DNA from: Vitrella brassicaformis CCMP3155
Lineage: Eukaryota > Protista > Chromerida
DNA length: 25,065 bases
NCBI GenBank assembly: GCA_001179505.1
Contig: CDMY01000745.1
Location: forward strand, 1-25,065
Direction: 5' to 3'
The notes beneath the pieces are model-generated. The model ran no database searches and had not been told where the DNA came from. It worked only from the letters and a program-made list of their open reading frames with translations. Shown here piece by piece: positions 9,044-20,322 of this stretch. How positions within the stretch are numbered: position 1 is the first letter of the stretch; each line of letters opens with the position of its first letter. The translations under genes and the position numbers were made by a program.

Positions 9044-12000
9044 GTATCCCCTTGTGTGCAACCCTCCCTACGTGCCAGTCAAAGACAACCCCACTGGCTG
9101 CTACCTCAGGGACTTCTCTCTGCCGTCAGAATGGACCGGTCGCCGCATCCTCGCCACGTTCGGTGGCGCGTCGTCGGCCTACTACGTGTGGGTCAACGGT
9201 CAGCCGGTGGGCTACGCGCAGGACTCGTTCATGCCCAGCGAGTTTGACGTCACGGCCCTGGTGCGGCTTGGCGATGACAACACCAACACGATCGCCGTGC
9301 AGGTGATGCGGTTCTCCGACGGCAGCTACATCGAGGACCAGGACCACTGGTGGACATCGGGCGTATTCAGAGACGTGGAGACATTCGCAGCGCCCAGCAC
9401 AACCATCAGTGACTACGTCGTGCAGGCCACACTCGACAACAAATACCAGTAAGACAGCAAGGAACAGCAAGGAGGGTGTGAGCCAACGGCAGACACATGC
9501 ATGTGCTCTTGCCTTAATTGCAGGGATGGCATACTGAAGGCTCGTGTGCAGTTGGACGGCCTCCAGGATGACAAGAGCTACTCTGTCCAGTTCCGCCTCT
9601 ATGACTGGGAGGGCTTCACCATGGACCCATCGACCGAACAAGACATCAGACTGCCGGTAAGTCGGCACACACGCCGCTCGTGCCTCCCTCACACCCAAAT
9701 CGACTGTCGCATGTGTCGATCAGGACCTGTCGCCCATCTTCGAGCACACAGAGGCCGTCACCGGTGGCCAACAGACATCAACCGATGCAGCCCCATTCAA
9801 GCAGCGAGAAGAGATCCCTCTGCTTGCTGAGACATCCGCAGGCCAAGACCATCACGCATTTCTCGAGTGGACGGTGCGCGTGCCGTCTGTCCGCCCCTGG
9901 ACTGCCGAGACTCCCAACCTGTATTTCATGACCATCGGTCTGCTGGAGGGGGGCAAAAGTGAGGCGCTGCAGTGGGAGGGGATGAGGGTCGGCTTCCGCA
10001 CTGTGGAGATACGTGAGAGCCAGCTGATGGTCAACGGCAGGCCGATTGTTGTCAGAGGTGTCAATGGTCACGAACATGACCCGAAAGCAGGTGCACAAAG
10101 CAAACAAGGGAAGAGAGAGTGTGCTCACTTGTTGTATCCTTGTTGTGTTGTATTGTGTCGTGATGTGTGTCGTGGCGCAGGCAAGGCGGTGTCGCTTCAG
10201 TCGACATGGGCGGATTTGCGTCTGATGAAGCAGCACAACATCAACGCCGTGCGGACGTCTCGCTACCCCAACGCACCATTCCTATACGACATGTGCGACG
10301 AACTCGGCCTATTCGGTAAGACGACAAACAAACCAACACAACACGCACATGTAAACGCCCCTCATTGCCGCATTCATGCATGTGTGTATGGATGTGTACG
10401 TTCAGTTGTGGACGAGGCTAACATCGAGTGCCACGGCAAAGGCTACTCACCCATCCTAAAGTAACTAACACCTACCGCACACACTTCACAAGTGACGATC
10501 GCCGTTCTCACTGCCCGCTCCTGGATATATCAGGTACATATTCTTCAACTCGAGTGAGATCCCTTTCAGTCGCCTCGCATCGGACCCCGAGTACCGCAGC
10601 CAGTGGCTCGCGTGCGTCACACGCATGGCCCAGCGGGACAAGAACCACCCCTCCATCATCGTTTGGTCCCTCGGCAATGAGGCGGGCACGGGGCCCAACG
10701 TGCGGGCAGCATATCGGTGGCTGAAGCGTTACGATCCGGCCAGGCCTGTGCAGTACGAGTGTGGTGGGTCTCCCATTGACGTGTCGGACATCAAATGCCC
10801 CATGTACCCGCCGGTAGAGGTCATCAAGCAATACGGCCACCAGCAGACAGGTACACGAGGAGAGACGGCGAGAGATGGCGGGCATGCAGCCATGGACCGT
10901 GCGTGATATTCGTGTGTCTGTTGTGTTTCTGCCTGCCTGCTGCAGACAAGCGTCCGATGATATTGTGTGAGTACCAGCACGCCATGGGCAACTCCAACGG
11001 CAGCTTCAGGGAGTACTGGGAGGCGTTCAGCCATCACGCCAACCTGCAGGGCGGGTTCATATCGGGCTGGGTCGACCAGTGCGTCCCCAAGACGTTCGAC
11101 AAGATCGAGGCGTGGGCGTATGGCGGCGACTTCGGCGACACCATCAACGATGCCAACTTCAACATCAACGGCCTCGTGCTGCCGGACCGCACCATCAAGC
11201 CGTGCATGCACGAGGTCAAGTATTTCTACCAGCCGATCGCCGTCCACCTCCTCGGCGCCAAGGCAGCACCAGGCGGCGACACGGTCACGGTGACGATCCG
11301 CATCACTAATCAATTCATCCATCAGAGTGTCACACATGACATGATCCGCTTTGAGGCCGTCTTCAGCACCGACACGGCATTCGATGCCTACGAGAGCCAG
11401 GCTATCAAGTGCCCGACGCTCGAGCCTGGCGCAGGCGAGGAGGTCACGGTCGAGGGCAGGATGCCGCCCAAGAACGCTGCCATGGGCACAGAAGGGGGGA
11501 AGGAGGGCTGCATTCCTGACGTGTGGATCACTGTGAGGGCAATCCTCGGCAAGACGACTAAATGGGCTGATGAAGGGTAAGCCAGCACGAGCACGCCTGG
11601 CCACAGCACTCATCACGGTGTTCCTGTGTGTCTTGTCCGTGCAGGCATGTGGTGGCGACAGAGCGCCTCTCTCTGACCGACAGCTTCCGCGACGCTCTCC
11701 CGACCGCCCCCGGCCCCCAAACCTTTCTGCGCTTCCCGCCTGCCGGTGGTGATGCCGCTAAGGACCTGACGATAGAGGACTGCGGCGACTACGTGGCGGT
11801 GCAGGGAGAGGACTTCAAGCTCGCCTTCGACCGCGGCCGACTGGGGGGGCTCATATCGTGGGTGGCCATACCTTGGTCAAGACAGGAGTGGGCAGACCTC
11901 GCGACAAAGCCTGACCAGTAATGAGGGCGAAAGGAGGGAAACCACGCTTCTGCTACGCACCCATGTGTGTGTTGGTGGTCAGGGAGTTCGCGATTGAGTA

Positions 12001-13394
12001 CATTTGGGACGGTCATGGCCCGTCGGTGTGCTTTGTCCGCGCGCCAACTGACAACGATCGCGGGGGAGCGACTGCTGGCGGTGTCCTCGACATCGCAAGG
12101 CAGGTCTTTGAAAAGGGGCTCGGCAACATTTTGTCGTTCTCTAGCAAAATACTCAGAATCGCCATGAACAGGTGAGACAGCAAACATGCAGCACGCTGGT
12201 CAGGCATGGAAATAGCTCTTCTGTACTTGTGTGTGCAGGTCTCCAATAAGTGAGGTCATCAACTACGCGTCTCGTTGGGGGAGGGCCAAGCTCTACGACC
12301 TACACAAGCCCATCGGGCACTTCGATGAACACGTGCGCACATTGGAGAATCCGTCAGGCGGCAGCATCAAGGTCGCCGAGGTGTCTTTCGCCCAGACTAT
12401 CGCACCCGGCCAAGCAATCGATCCTTACTTCCAGGCACACGCACCGACCCGTGCACACTCTGACCCATGCACATAAGAAGACCCTCTCCAGCGGTCTCTT
12501 CTCGTTTTTCTTTGTGCAGGTGGACTACCATTACACGATTTTCCCCACTGGTGCAGTAAATCTCGGCTGCCGCGTATGCGTGACTCCCCAAGCGGCCCGC
12601 ATCCTTCCCCCTTTCCCGCGTGTCGTCAGCCAGCTGGTGTGGAAGGGACGAGGGCCGCACGAGAAATACAACGATAGGAAATCGAGCGCATTTCAGGTGA
12701 GAAAGGCAGCTACACACAGAGAGATACATGTATATGCATGGATGCATATGAAGCTCTGATGTCCGTCCATGTACGTGCGTGCATGCAGGGCGTGTATCGC
12801 AGCACAGTGGATGACCAGTACGTGCCCTACGTCAAGCCGTCCGAGCACGGCGGCAAGTGTGACGTTCAGTGGGCGGCCCTCCACACCACGTCCAAGACAC
12901 ATGGCCCCGCAAACCGCACCACTGGCAGCTGCCTGCACATCAAGGCGGCCCACTTCAAGGCCTCCCCTCAGCAAGACTGCCCACCACACACACCGCCTCT
13001 GCTGCACATTAATGCGTCCCGCTACAGCGTCAAGGAGCTGATGGGTGCAGCCCACACGAGCGATATCGGCCAGGGCATCGATGTGGACCCCAATGCACAC
13101 GTCCGCTCGCCCGTCCACCTGCATCTTGACCACAAATATGTATACATACATCCACACGGACGGACCAGGGAGGGCGAGGGACTGCATAACATGGGTGTTG
13201 AGTGTTGCTGTGTGTAGGCACATGGGTGTCGTGGTGAGTTGAGCTGGTATCCGTGTATGTACGAGCCCTACCTCATCCGACCCACCACGCAGGACAGGTC
13301 GCCCGCGTCGTTCGAGTACGGCATGTGGCTGCTGCCGGTGCACGTGGACAGCCAAGAGGATGTGCTCTCGATAGCTGCATGTGCGCCGCAGTGA
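9044..13394 (+). pseudogene. lacZ-like: LacZ-type GH2 beta-galactosidase, 5'-truncated, 12 introns, several lesions
   Basis: Spliced motifs NPTGCY, EDQDHW..SGVFRDV, DEANIECHG, NHPSIIVWSLGNE, CPMY, ILCEYQHAMGNS, YGGDFGD, RAPTDND, GRGPHE, PYVKPSEHG. Introns 9449-9523, 9657-9723, 10091-10180, 10316-10405, 10461-10533, 10851-10945, 11577-11644, ~11858-11982, 12172-12238, ~12372/12381-12519, 12697-12788, 13136-13217 (donor reads ATATGT). 1-nt deletion at ~13231; stop TGA 13392-13394. Confidence 0.92.
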
Positions 13395-13456
13395 ATGAAT
13401 TGCCGGGCGGGCGGTGACCATCTAACTCAATTCGTGCCGTGATTAATTGGTTGGTC

Positions 13457-14004
13457 GGGTGTGTGTAGGATGTGATGTGCCTTTCCATGCGGCACATGTA
13501 TGTAGACTGACCACATATTTCTCGTGTCGTGTTTGTTAGGAAGGTTTTCTGTGGCAGTGAGTGGTGTTTGGTGAATCGTTAACTGGGGATGCTCGGGTGG
13601 CTGGTGTGGGCTGCGATGTGTGCTTATTCTCTTTCGCCGGGCGAGGTATGTGGGTGCATGGTATACGAGAGGTATGGGGGCAGAGGGCGGGAGGACGGGA
13701 TACAGCATTCATGGCACCGTGTGAGCCTCTTGTCTTAGCCAGGCCTGCCGGGTCATTCTCCCTTGTCTGCATCACTGGCATGGCTGGCTGCTTCAACCGC
13801 TCTTGCCCTGGTGGATGATGACGCCTCCCTCTTCCCGTCCCCCTTCCTCGTTTCCGTCTTTTTCCTTACCTCCCTTCCCCTTCCTCGCCTGTCTTGCTGC
13901 TTTCGCTTGTGTTAGGAGTCAATTCCTTGGTGGGCGTGTGTGTAGGATGTGATGTGGCCTTCCCTGTGGCACGTGTATGTAGACTGACCACATATTTCCC
14001 GTGT
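13457..14004. repeat. ~72-bp direct repeat (13457-13527 and 13932-14004) downstream of the beta-galactosidase
   Basis: GTGTGTAGGATGTGATGTG...TATGTAGACTGACCACATATTT occurs twice about 475 bp apart. Confidence 0.85.
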
Positions 14005-14704
14005 TCTGACGTCTGTTCACGCATTTGTTCATGCATTTATTCATTTGGTGTGTTCGTCTCTGTGTGACGTCCCTATATGTAGCGGACGGTTGGGACAGCT
14101 AAATGTTGGCTGTAATGCTGTGACGTATCGGTGTGTTTTTGGTGGGATTCCTTGAGTACTCAAAATGAATGAATGCGTCCACACGCGTGACTGCACGAGA
14201 CACAGCAACGGTCATCGGGACTCGCAGTTTGGCATCCTGCACACATGGATGTGTCTGCCTCTGCAAAATCGACGTGTCCACATACACATCTGCGTGTGCA
14301 CGTATTTTTGCCACGCGTTGAGCACAACACACGCGATGGTTCGTTGACTGATTCCTTGACACAAACACGACGAATCAATCGATCCCTTGGCCCGAAATGA
14401 AGAAGTCTCATTCCTCACCTCATCACTCATCCCTCAGGCACAGACCATTGACGAATCACACACAGACACCGAGATGGCGGTCACTTCTTCGCGATCGTGA
14501 CGTCTCCCACGCCGATCCCGGTTAAATTTCTCAGGCATTTATCTGTTCTGTGTACGTGTTCGGTCGGCCAAGGTTGTTTTGATATCGTACGTGTACATAT
14601 GAATGAATGCCTTATGGGTCTCTCCATGCGTTCTCCATGCGTTCTCCATGCGATGACATGTATATGCCGTGGCTCATTGGTCTATCCATGCAAACAACCA
14701 TGTA

Positions 14705-15270
14705 TCACCAGGACGGTCCTTCTGTGTCGGGCGGGCTGAAAGTAGACGTAGACACAATGTCAACTGTCACGTATGGCGTGGGGCTTGGCGACTCGACGTC
14801 AGCTGCAATGGGCACGACAGTCGTTGTGGTGCCCTCGACCGCCCTCTCGGCCTCATTTAATGCCTTCTCTGCTGCACACACAGCACACAGACAGACGTGT
14901 GTATGTGTATGTATGTACCATATACACATACGGAATATGTGTCTCTTGTTTTTGCCTTCTTCCTTCATATCTTCTCTCTGTTCTTCCATCTTGTCTGGAG
15001 CCGACTCATTGGCTGCAATGCAGACGACAGATACCAACAATGTGAGCGGCAGGCATACGGACCCCCTCCCCTGCCTCTGGCTGCCTATCTCTGTCCAGCT
15101 CTTCCGTCTGCTGTTCCACCAGCTGCGACGGTATGGTCACGGGAGGCACGTCCTCAGGCGGCGGTGTAGTGGGCGCAGCGGTGGTGGTCGTGGTCACGAG
15201 CTGCCCCTCATCCTCCCCGTTGTCGACCGCCCGGCTCGGCATCTCGCTCACGGAGGGAGGGCCCGACTCC
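14705..15270 (-). pseudogene. 3' exons of an acidic, Ser/Thr/Pro-rich (mucin-like) protein, cut off by the minisatellite array
   Basis: Minus-strand exons ~15270-15085, 15012-14932, 14871-14705 with canonical sites (CATTGCAG; GTATGT...GTGTGCAG); peptides VTTTTTAAPTTPPP, EGTTTTVVP..SPSPTP; stop TGA. Confidence 0.6.
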
Positions 15271-16838
15271 ACGCCGACACGTGCATGTGCACGTGTGCGC
15301 ATAGGGGTATTCATTATATACACACTCTCCAAGTCCAAACGTGCATGCGCACGTGTGCGCACATAGACATTCATCACATATACACTCCACGTCGACACGT
15401 GCATGCGCACGTGTGCGCACAGAGACATTCACCATATAGACACACTCTACGTCGACACGTGCATGCGCAGGTGTGTGCACCGAGACCTTCATCATATACA
15501 CACTCCACGTCGACACGTGCATGCGCACGTGTGCGCACATAGACATTCATCACATACACACATTCCAAGTCGACACGTGCACGCGCAGGTGTTTGCACCA
15601 AGACATTCATCATATACACACTCCACGCCGACACGTGCATGTGCACGTGTGCGCATTGGGGTAATCATTCCAAAGCACTGATACATTCAGTGCGCATAGG
15701 GGTATTCATTATATACACACACTCCAAGTCGACACGTGCATGCGCAGGTGTGCGCACTGAAACATTCATCATATACACACACTGCAGGTCCAAACGTGCA
15801 TGCGCAGGTGTGCGCACTGAAACATTCATTATATACACACACTCCAAGTCGACACGTGCATGCGCAGGGGTGCGCACAGAGACATTCATCATATACACAC
15901 ACTCCATGTCGACACGTGCATACCCAGGTGTGCGCACTGAAACATTCATCATATACACACACCCCAAGTCAACACGTGCGTGCGCACGTGTGCGCACAGA
16001 GAGGTTCATCATATACATACACTCCAAGTCCAAACGTGCATGCGCAGGGGTGCGCACAGAGACATTCATCATATACACACACTCCGAGTCGACACGTGCA
16101 TGTGCACGTGTGCGCACTGATACATTCAGTGCGCATAGGGGTATTCATTATATACACACACTCCAAGGCGACACGTGCATGCGCAGGTGTGCGCACTGAA
16201 ACATTCATCATATACACACACTGCAGGTCCAAACGTGCATGCGCAGGTGTGCGCACTGAAACATTCATTATATACACACACTCCAAGTCGACACGTGCAT
16301 GCGCAGGGGTGCACACAGAGACATTCATTATATACACACACTCCAAGTCGACACATGCATACGCAGGTGTGCGCACCGAGACATTCATCATATACACACA
16401 CTCCAAGTCCAAACGTGCATGCGCAGGTGTGCGCACAAAGACATTCATCACATACACACACTCCATGTCGACACGTGCATGCGCAGGTGTGCGCACCGAG
16501 ACATTCATCATATACACACACTCCAAGTCCAAACGTGCATGCGCAGGTGTGTGCACCGAGACCTTCATCACATACACACACCCGACCTTCATCACATACA
16601 CACACCCCAAGTCGACACGTGCGTGCGCACGTGTGCGCACAGAGACATTCACCATATACACACACTCCAAGTCGACACGTGCATGCGCAGGTGTGCGCAT
16701 AGGGGTATTCATTATATACATACACTCCATGTCGACACGTGTATACCCAGGTGTGCGCACTGAAACATTCATCATATACACACACTGCAGGTCCAAACGT
16801 GCATGCGCAGTTGTGCGCACACAAACATTCATAATATA
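15266..16838 (+). repeat. 60-bp minisatellite array, left arm (about 25 units)
   Basis: Consensus ACTCCAAGTCGACACGTGCATGCGCAGGTGTGCGCACTGAAACATTCATCATATACACAC; units are in exact register with the 60-base lines 15721-16080. Confidence 0.97.
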
Positions 16839-17149
16839 GTAATGCCTCACTACAAAATCTCATCCCTTATCCATCAACCTATTTATCTATTGATCCATCA
16901 TCAGTTGATGTTTCTCTTGACATCATCTTTCAGTATACCAGCCACATCAAGCACCACATCTGTTCATTTCGTCTGAACCATCCGTTCATCGACATAAAGC
17001 TGTCGGTCAACAGCATCCAGTAGAAACGCTCACACACTTGCTGGACCACTCGCACCACAAACCACAAACTAAACACGCCGTTGACGTCATCGTGACCATG
17101 GTGTCTGCTTGTCGGCTGTGTCTCGCCGACACGGTCAGCATTTTTCGAG

Positions 17150-17338
17150 TCAAAGCGTGCCTCTGTCGTATGTGGATCGTACATGAGCCAGCGGCCCTCC
17201 TGAGAGAGACACCATCAACCATATCCCACAGCTGCACGGCATGGTCCCACCCGCCGCTCACTATTATGGGCTCGGTGGGGTGGAGACGGATGGAAAACAC
17301 CCCATTGGAATGGCCGGGGTACATACTAGACCCGGTGC
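17150..17338 (-). pseudogene. WD40-repeat exon fragment
   Basis: Acceptor GCACAG then GTGSSMYPGHSNGVFSIRLHPTEPIIVSGGWDHAVQLWDM, a canonical GH...SGGWD..V.LWD repeat; rest of gene not identifiable. Confidence 0.78.
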
Positions 17339-17738
17339 CTGTGCGTGCGGGGGCAAGCAGCAAGCACTGCTACATACGTGCATGCATATCACGTGTGTTG
17401 CCATTGAATTTCGCCTCTGAGCGTGACATTGACGTCTTGGCCACACGGAAGGGAGAAAAAGTGCTGGAGCTGTCTGTCAAAGCCGGTACAGGTCCTTGGG
17501 AATTTATGTCATGCACATCCATATCCTTAAACCCATTTAGGTATGGCGTATCGTGCGTCAAAATACCCTTAGTGGAGGGTGCCATCAGCCAACCGGCAGC
17601 TCGTAATGGACGACAAGAACGCCTCTCTTCATTTCAGTTGGACTGGAGGCATGTCAACGAATGGAGGGTCCATACGTGCATAGGCAACTACACGTGTCGC
17701 ATCGCGTTGCTGCGACGCTGTGCTGATGTCGTATGCAG

Positions 17739-17997
17739 GTATATGGCGGCAATGATCCTGAGACGAAGGACCCCATCGACTCCATTCCCACGAAGCGCTT
17801 CGAGCACTCCATCGTGCTTGCGGAAACGCCGTAAGCCACATCCACGCAGACTTAGTCCCTCTGTATGTGTCGCTCATCTCTCTTTTACTTCATGCTGCAG
17901 CCACTCACCCGTCGACTCCTGGCTGTATGATCGCGTTGAGGCCATCGACAAGAAAGACAAAGCCAAGGGGATGAGCGCCGCCCTGCTGTCATCTTGA
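17739..17997 (+). CDS. Two terminal exons of an unidentified gene
   Basis: Exons 17739-17830 and 17901-17997 with phase-consistent GTAAGC...GCTGCAG intron give VYGGNDPETKDPIDSIPTKRFEHSIVLAETPHSPVDSWLYDRVEAIDKKDKAKGMSAALLSS*. Confidence 0.55.
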
Positions 17998-18014
17998 GGC
18001 TCAAATCTGGGAGC

Positions 18015-18724
18015 CATGCGCACACCTGCGCATGCACCCGTCGACTTGGAGTGTGTGTCTATCATGAATGGCTCTGTGTGCACACCTCCGCATGCACGCG
18101 TCGACTTGGAGTGTGTGTCTATCATGAAGGACTCTGTGCGCACCCCTGCGCATGCACGCGTCGACTTGGAGAAGTGTGTGTATATGATGATTGTCTCTGT
18201 GCGCACACCTGCGCATGCACATTTAGACTTGGGGTGTGTTCTGTATGCGCACACCTGCGCATGCACGTTTGGACTTGGAGGGTGTGTATATGATGAATGT
18301 CTCTGTGCGCACACCTGCGCATGCACGTTTGGACTTGCGTGTGTAAATATGATGAATGTTTGTGTGCGCACACCTACGCGTACACGCGTCGACTTGGAGT
18401 GTGTGTATGTAATGAATGGCCTTGTGCGCACACCTGCGCATACACGATTGGACTGGGAGAGTGTGTGTGTGTGTGTGTGTCTACGATGAATGTGCGCACA
18501 CTGCGCATGCACGATTGGACTTGGAGTGGGTATATACGATGAATGTCTCTGTGCGCAGGTGTCCCTGTGCGCACACCTGCGCATACACGTGTCGACTAAG
18601 AGTGTGTGTGTGTGTGTGTGTGTGTATACGATGAATGTCTCTCTGCGCACATCTGCGATATGCACGTTTGGTCTTGGAGTGTGTGGATATGATGAATGTC
18701 TCAATGCGCACACCTGCGCATGCA
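18015..18724 (-). repeat. Same 60-bp minisatellite in inverted orientation, right arm (about 12 degenerate units, with (GT)n tracts)
   Basis: GTGCGCACACCTGCGCATGCACGCGTCGACTTGGAGTGTGTG is the reverse complement of the left-arm unit. Confidence 0.95.
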
Positions 18725-18789
18725 AACAGAATGAAAGCTTGCAAAGTGGTAGTCTCTCAACGCAATCTGTTTAGAGCTCCATCCGCAAT

Positions 18790-19180
18790 CTGTTCAGAGC
18801 TCCATTTCAGGCTCTGCAAAGTTCCGTTGAACCTGAAAGATAGAGTGCTTTTGGCAGAATCCGAGAGAAGTCTTCTTACTGTCTTAATCTCAGCAGAATG
18901 AAAACTTGAAAAGCCGTCTTTCAGGTAGCCTGTTCAGCCGTCCAATCCAGATTCTGCAAAGCTTAATTGGGACTCCAAGACACAATCAATGCTTTTGGAA
19001 GAATATTGAGGACGTCTTCTTATCGTGTCAGTGCGAGCAGAACCGCGTCTCACGCAGCCTGTTCAGTTGTCCACTCTGGCTGGCCAGATTCTGCAAAGTT
19101 CCGTTGAACCTGAAAGATATGGTGGTTTTCGAAGAATCCAAGAGAAGTCTTCTTACTGTCCTAATCTTACCAGAATGAAA
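18790..19180. repeat. Degenerate tandem repeat (subunits ~130-140 bp, 277-bp higher-order period)
   Basis: CTGCAAAGTTCCGTTGAACCTGAAAGAT...GAGAAGTCTTCTTACTGTC at 18814 and 19091; TGTTCAG...CTGCAAAG at ~18791, 18931, 19061. Confidence 0.85.
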
Positions 19181-19199
19181 CACGCTTTATCGAACTATA

Positions 19200-19516
19200 C
19201 AGGTGTGCGCATGCATGGAGCTACCTGTCGAAGTCATGGTTTCAAGTTCATCCCTCTCATCGCGGAGACCTTCGGAATACGAGGCGATCAGACCATCAAG
19301 CTCTTGAGGGAACTAGCCAAGAGGAAGCGTCGCCCGGCGGGATGTACATCAGAGGAGGATGCTGCTTTTCGAGAGGGGATCGTTAACCATTGGACGCAGT
19401 GTTTGTCTGTGGGGCTCATGAAGTATAATGCCTACCAGATGTCCAGCAGATCTCACAGAGCAGCTGAAGCACAGGAGCCTGACTTTGCAGACGTTTTTGC
19501 GAAGGAATGGAGATAA
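19200..19516 (+). mobile_element. 3' fragment of a non-LTR retrotransposon: end of restriction-like endonuclease (RLE) domain, CRE/R2-type
   Basis: C..HG.KFIPLIAETFG....TIKLLRELA...F......QCLSVGLMKYNA fits the F.P...E..G ... LS..L...NA tail of RLE ORFs; no RT in window. Confidence 0.68.
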
Positions 19517-19732
19517 GCAGAGGGCCGTACAGACTACACACACGGCCCATACAGCCATTTGATTTCTCTTGATTTCTGGAGCGTGCATGAGTGTGAGGTA
19601 TGGAGATAGTTTTTATTCCTCAGCTCTGTTTCAGTTCATGGAAGCAATGTTCACGTCTGCATGAAAGACTGATCAGACACACTGGTCGCCCCTTTTATAT
19701 AAATCTCTCCCTTCCAAAAAAGTAAGTATGAA

Positions 19733-19932
19733 GCGAGTACAGCAAGCATCTTACATGCACATTCCTAGCTGTTTTGCACTATTGCTTGCGAACTTCTCGC
19801 CAGCGGCAGAAAAATATAGAAAGACGCCATATCATCGTACACGAACTGAGAATCATGGTGGGTATTAGGTTGTGTGTGTACATAAGGATCAACACAAGGA
19901 TTGCCATATCAGGTATAAACAAAAAAACCATC
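19733..19932 (-). repeat. Duplicate of the 3' end of the 20323..21120 membrane-protein ORF (partner 20291-20491)
   Basis: ACAGCAAGCATCTTACATGCAC...GGATCAACACAAGGATTGCCA repeated 558 bp apart with substitutions and small indels. Confidence 0.92.
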
Positions 19933-20322
19933 TATAGACGTTTCTAGCTTCAGATATCGACTCTACTATCGAGTCAGTCAGCCATGTGAAGGAAGCTTTC
20001 AGATAAGATTAATTATGCCATGATCCACAGCATTGATTTTGCCGTGATTCACAGCATTCCTGCTCCATCCATCCCTCTCGCTTTCCTCACTCTTCTCCCT
20101 TGCCTTCCTGCCATCAGTCGCTTGACAGAAGACGCAACTGAACTGCAAAGTCAGTGAGGATACAGCAGCCCATAAACAAGGCAATCCGCATCGGCTCATG
20201 AAGCGCATATCTTATATCTTGCCTCCCTCCCCCCTTCTTCCCTTAGAAAAAGTATCACAAGAAAATAAACATATGCTACATCCCTCAACGGCGAGCACAG
20301 CAAGCATCTTACATGCACCTTC

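Noticed and set aside
15208-16863. Long His/Thr-rich and Cys/Val-rich ORFs (up to 367 aa) in several frames on both strands
   Set aside because: By-product of a 60-bp, frame-preserving, stop-poor repeat; no coding-specific signal.
17038-17997. 319-aa plus-strand ORF as a single gene
   Set aside because: Runs through the antisense of the WD40 exon and through introns; only its last exon looks coding.
15266-18724. CRISPR-like appearance of the regular arrays
   Set aside because: Units are contiguous with no unique spacers, no cas genes, eukaryotic context.
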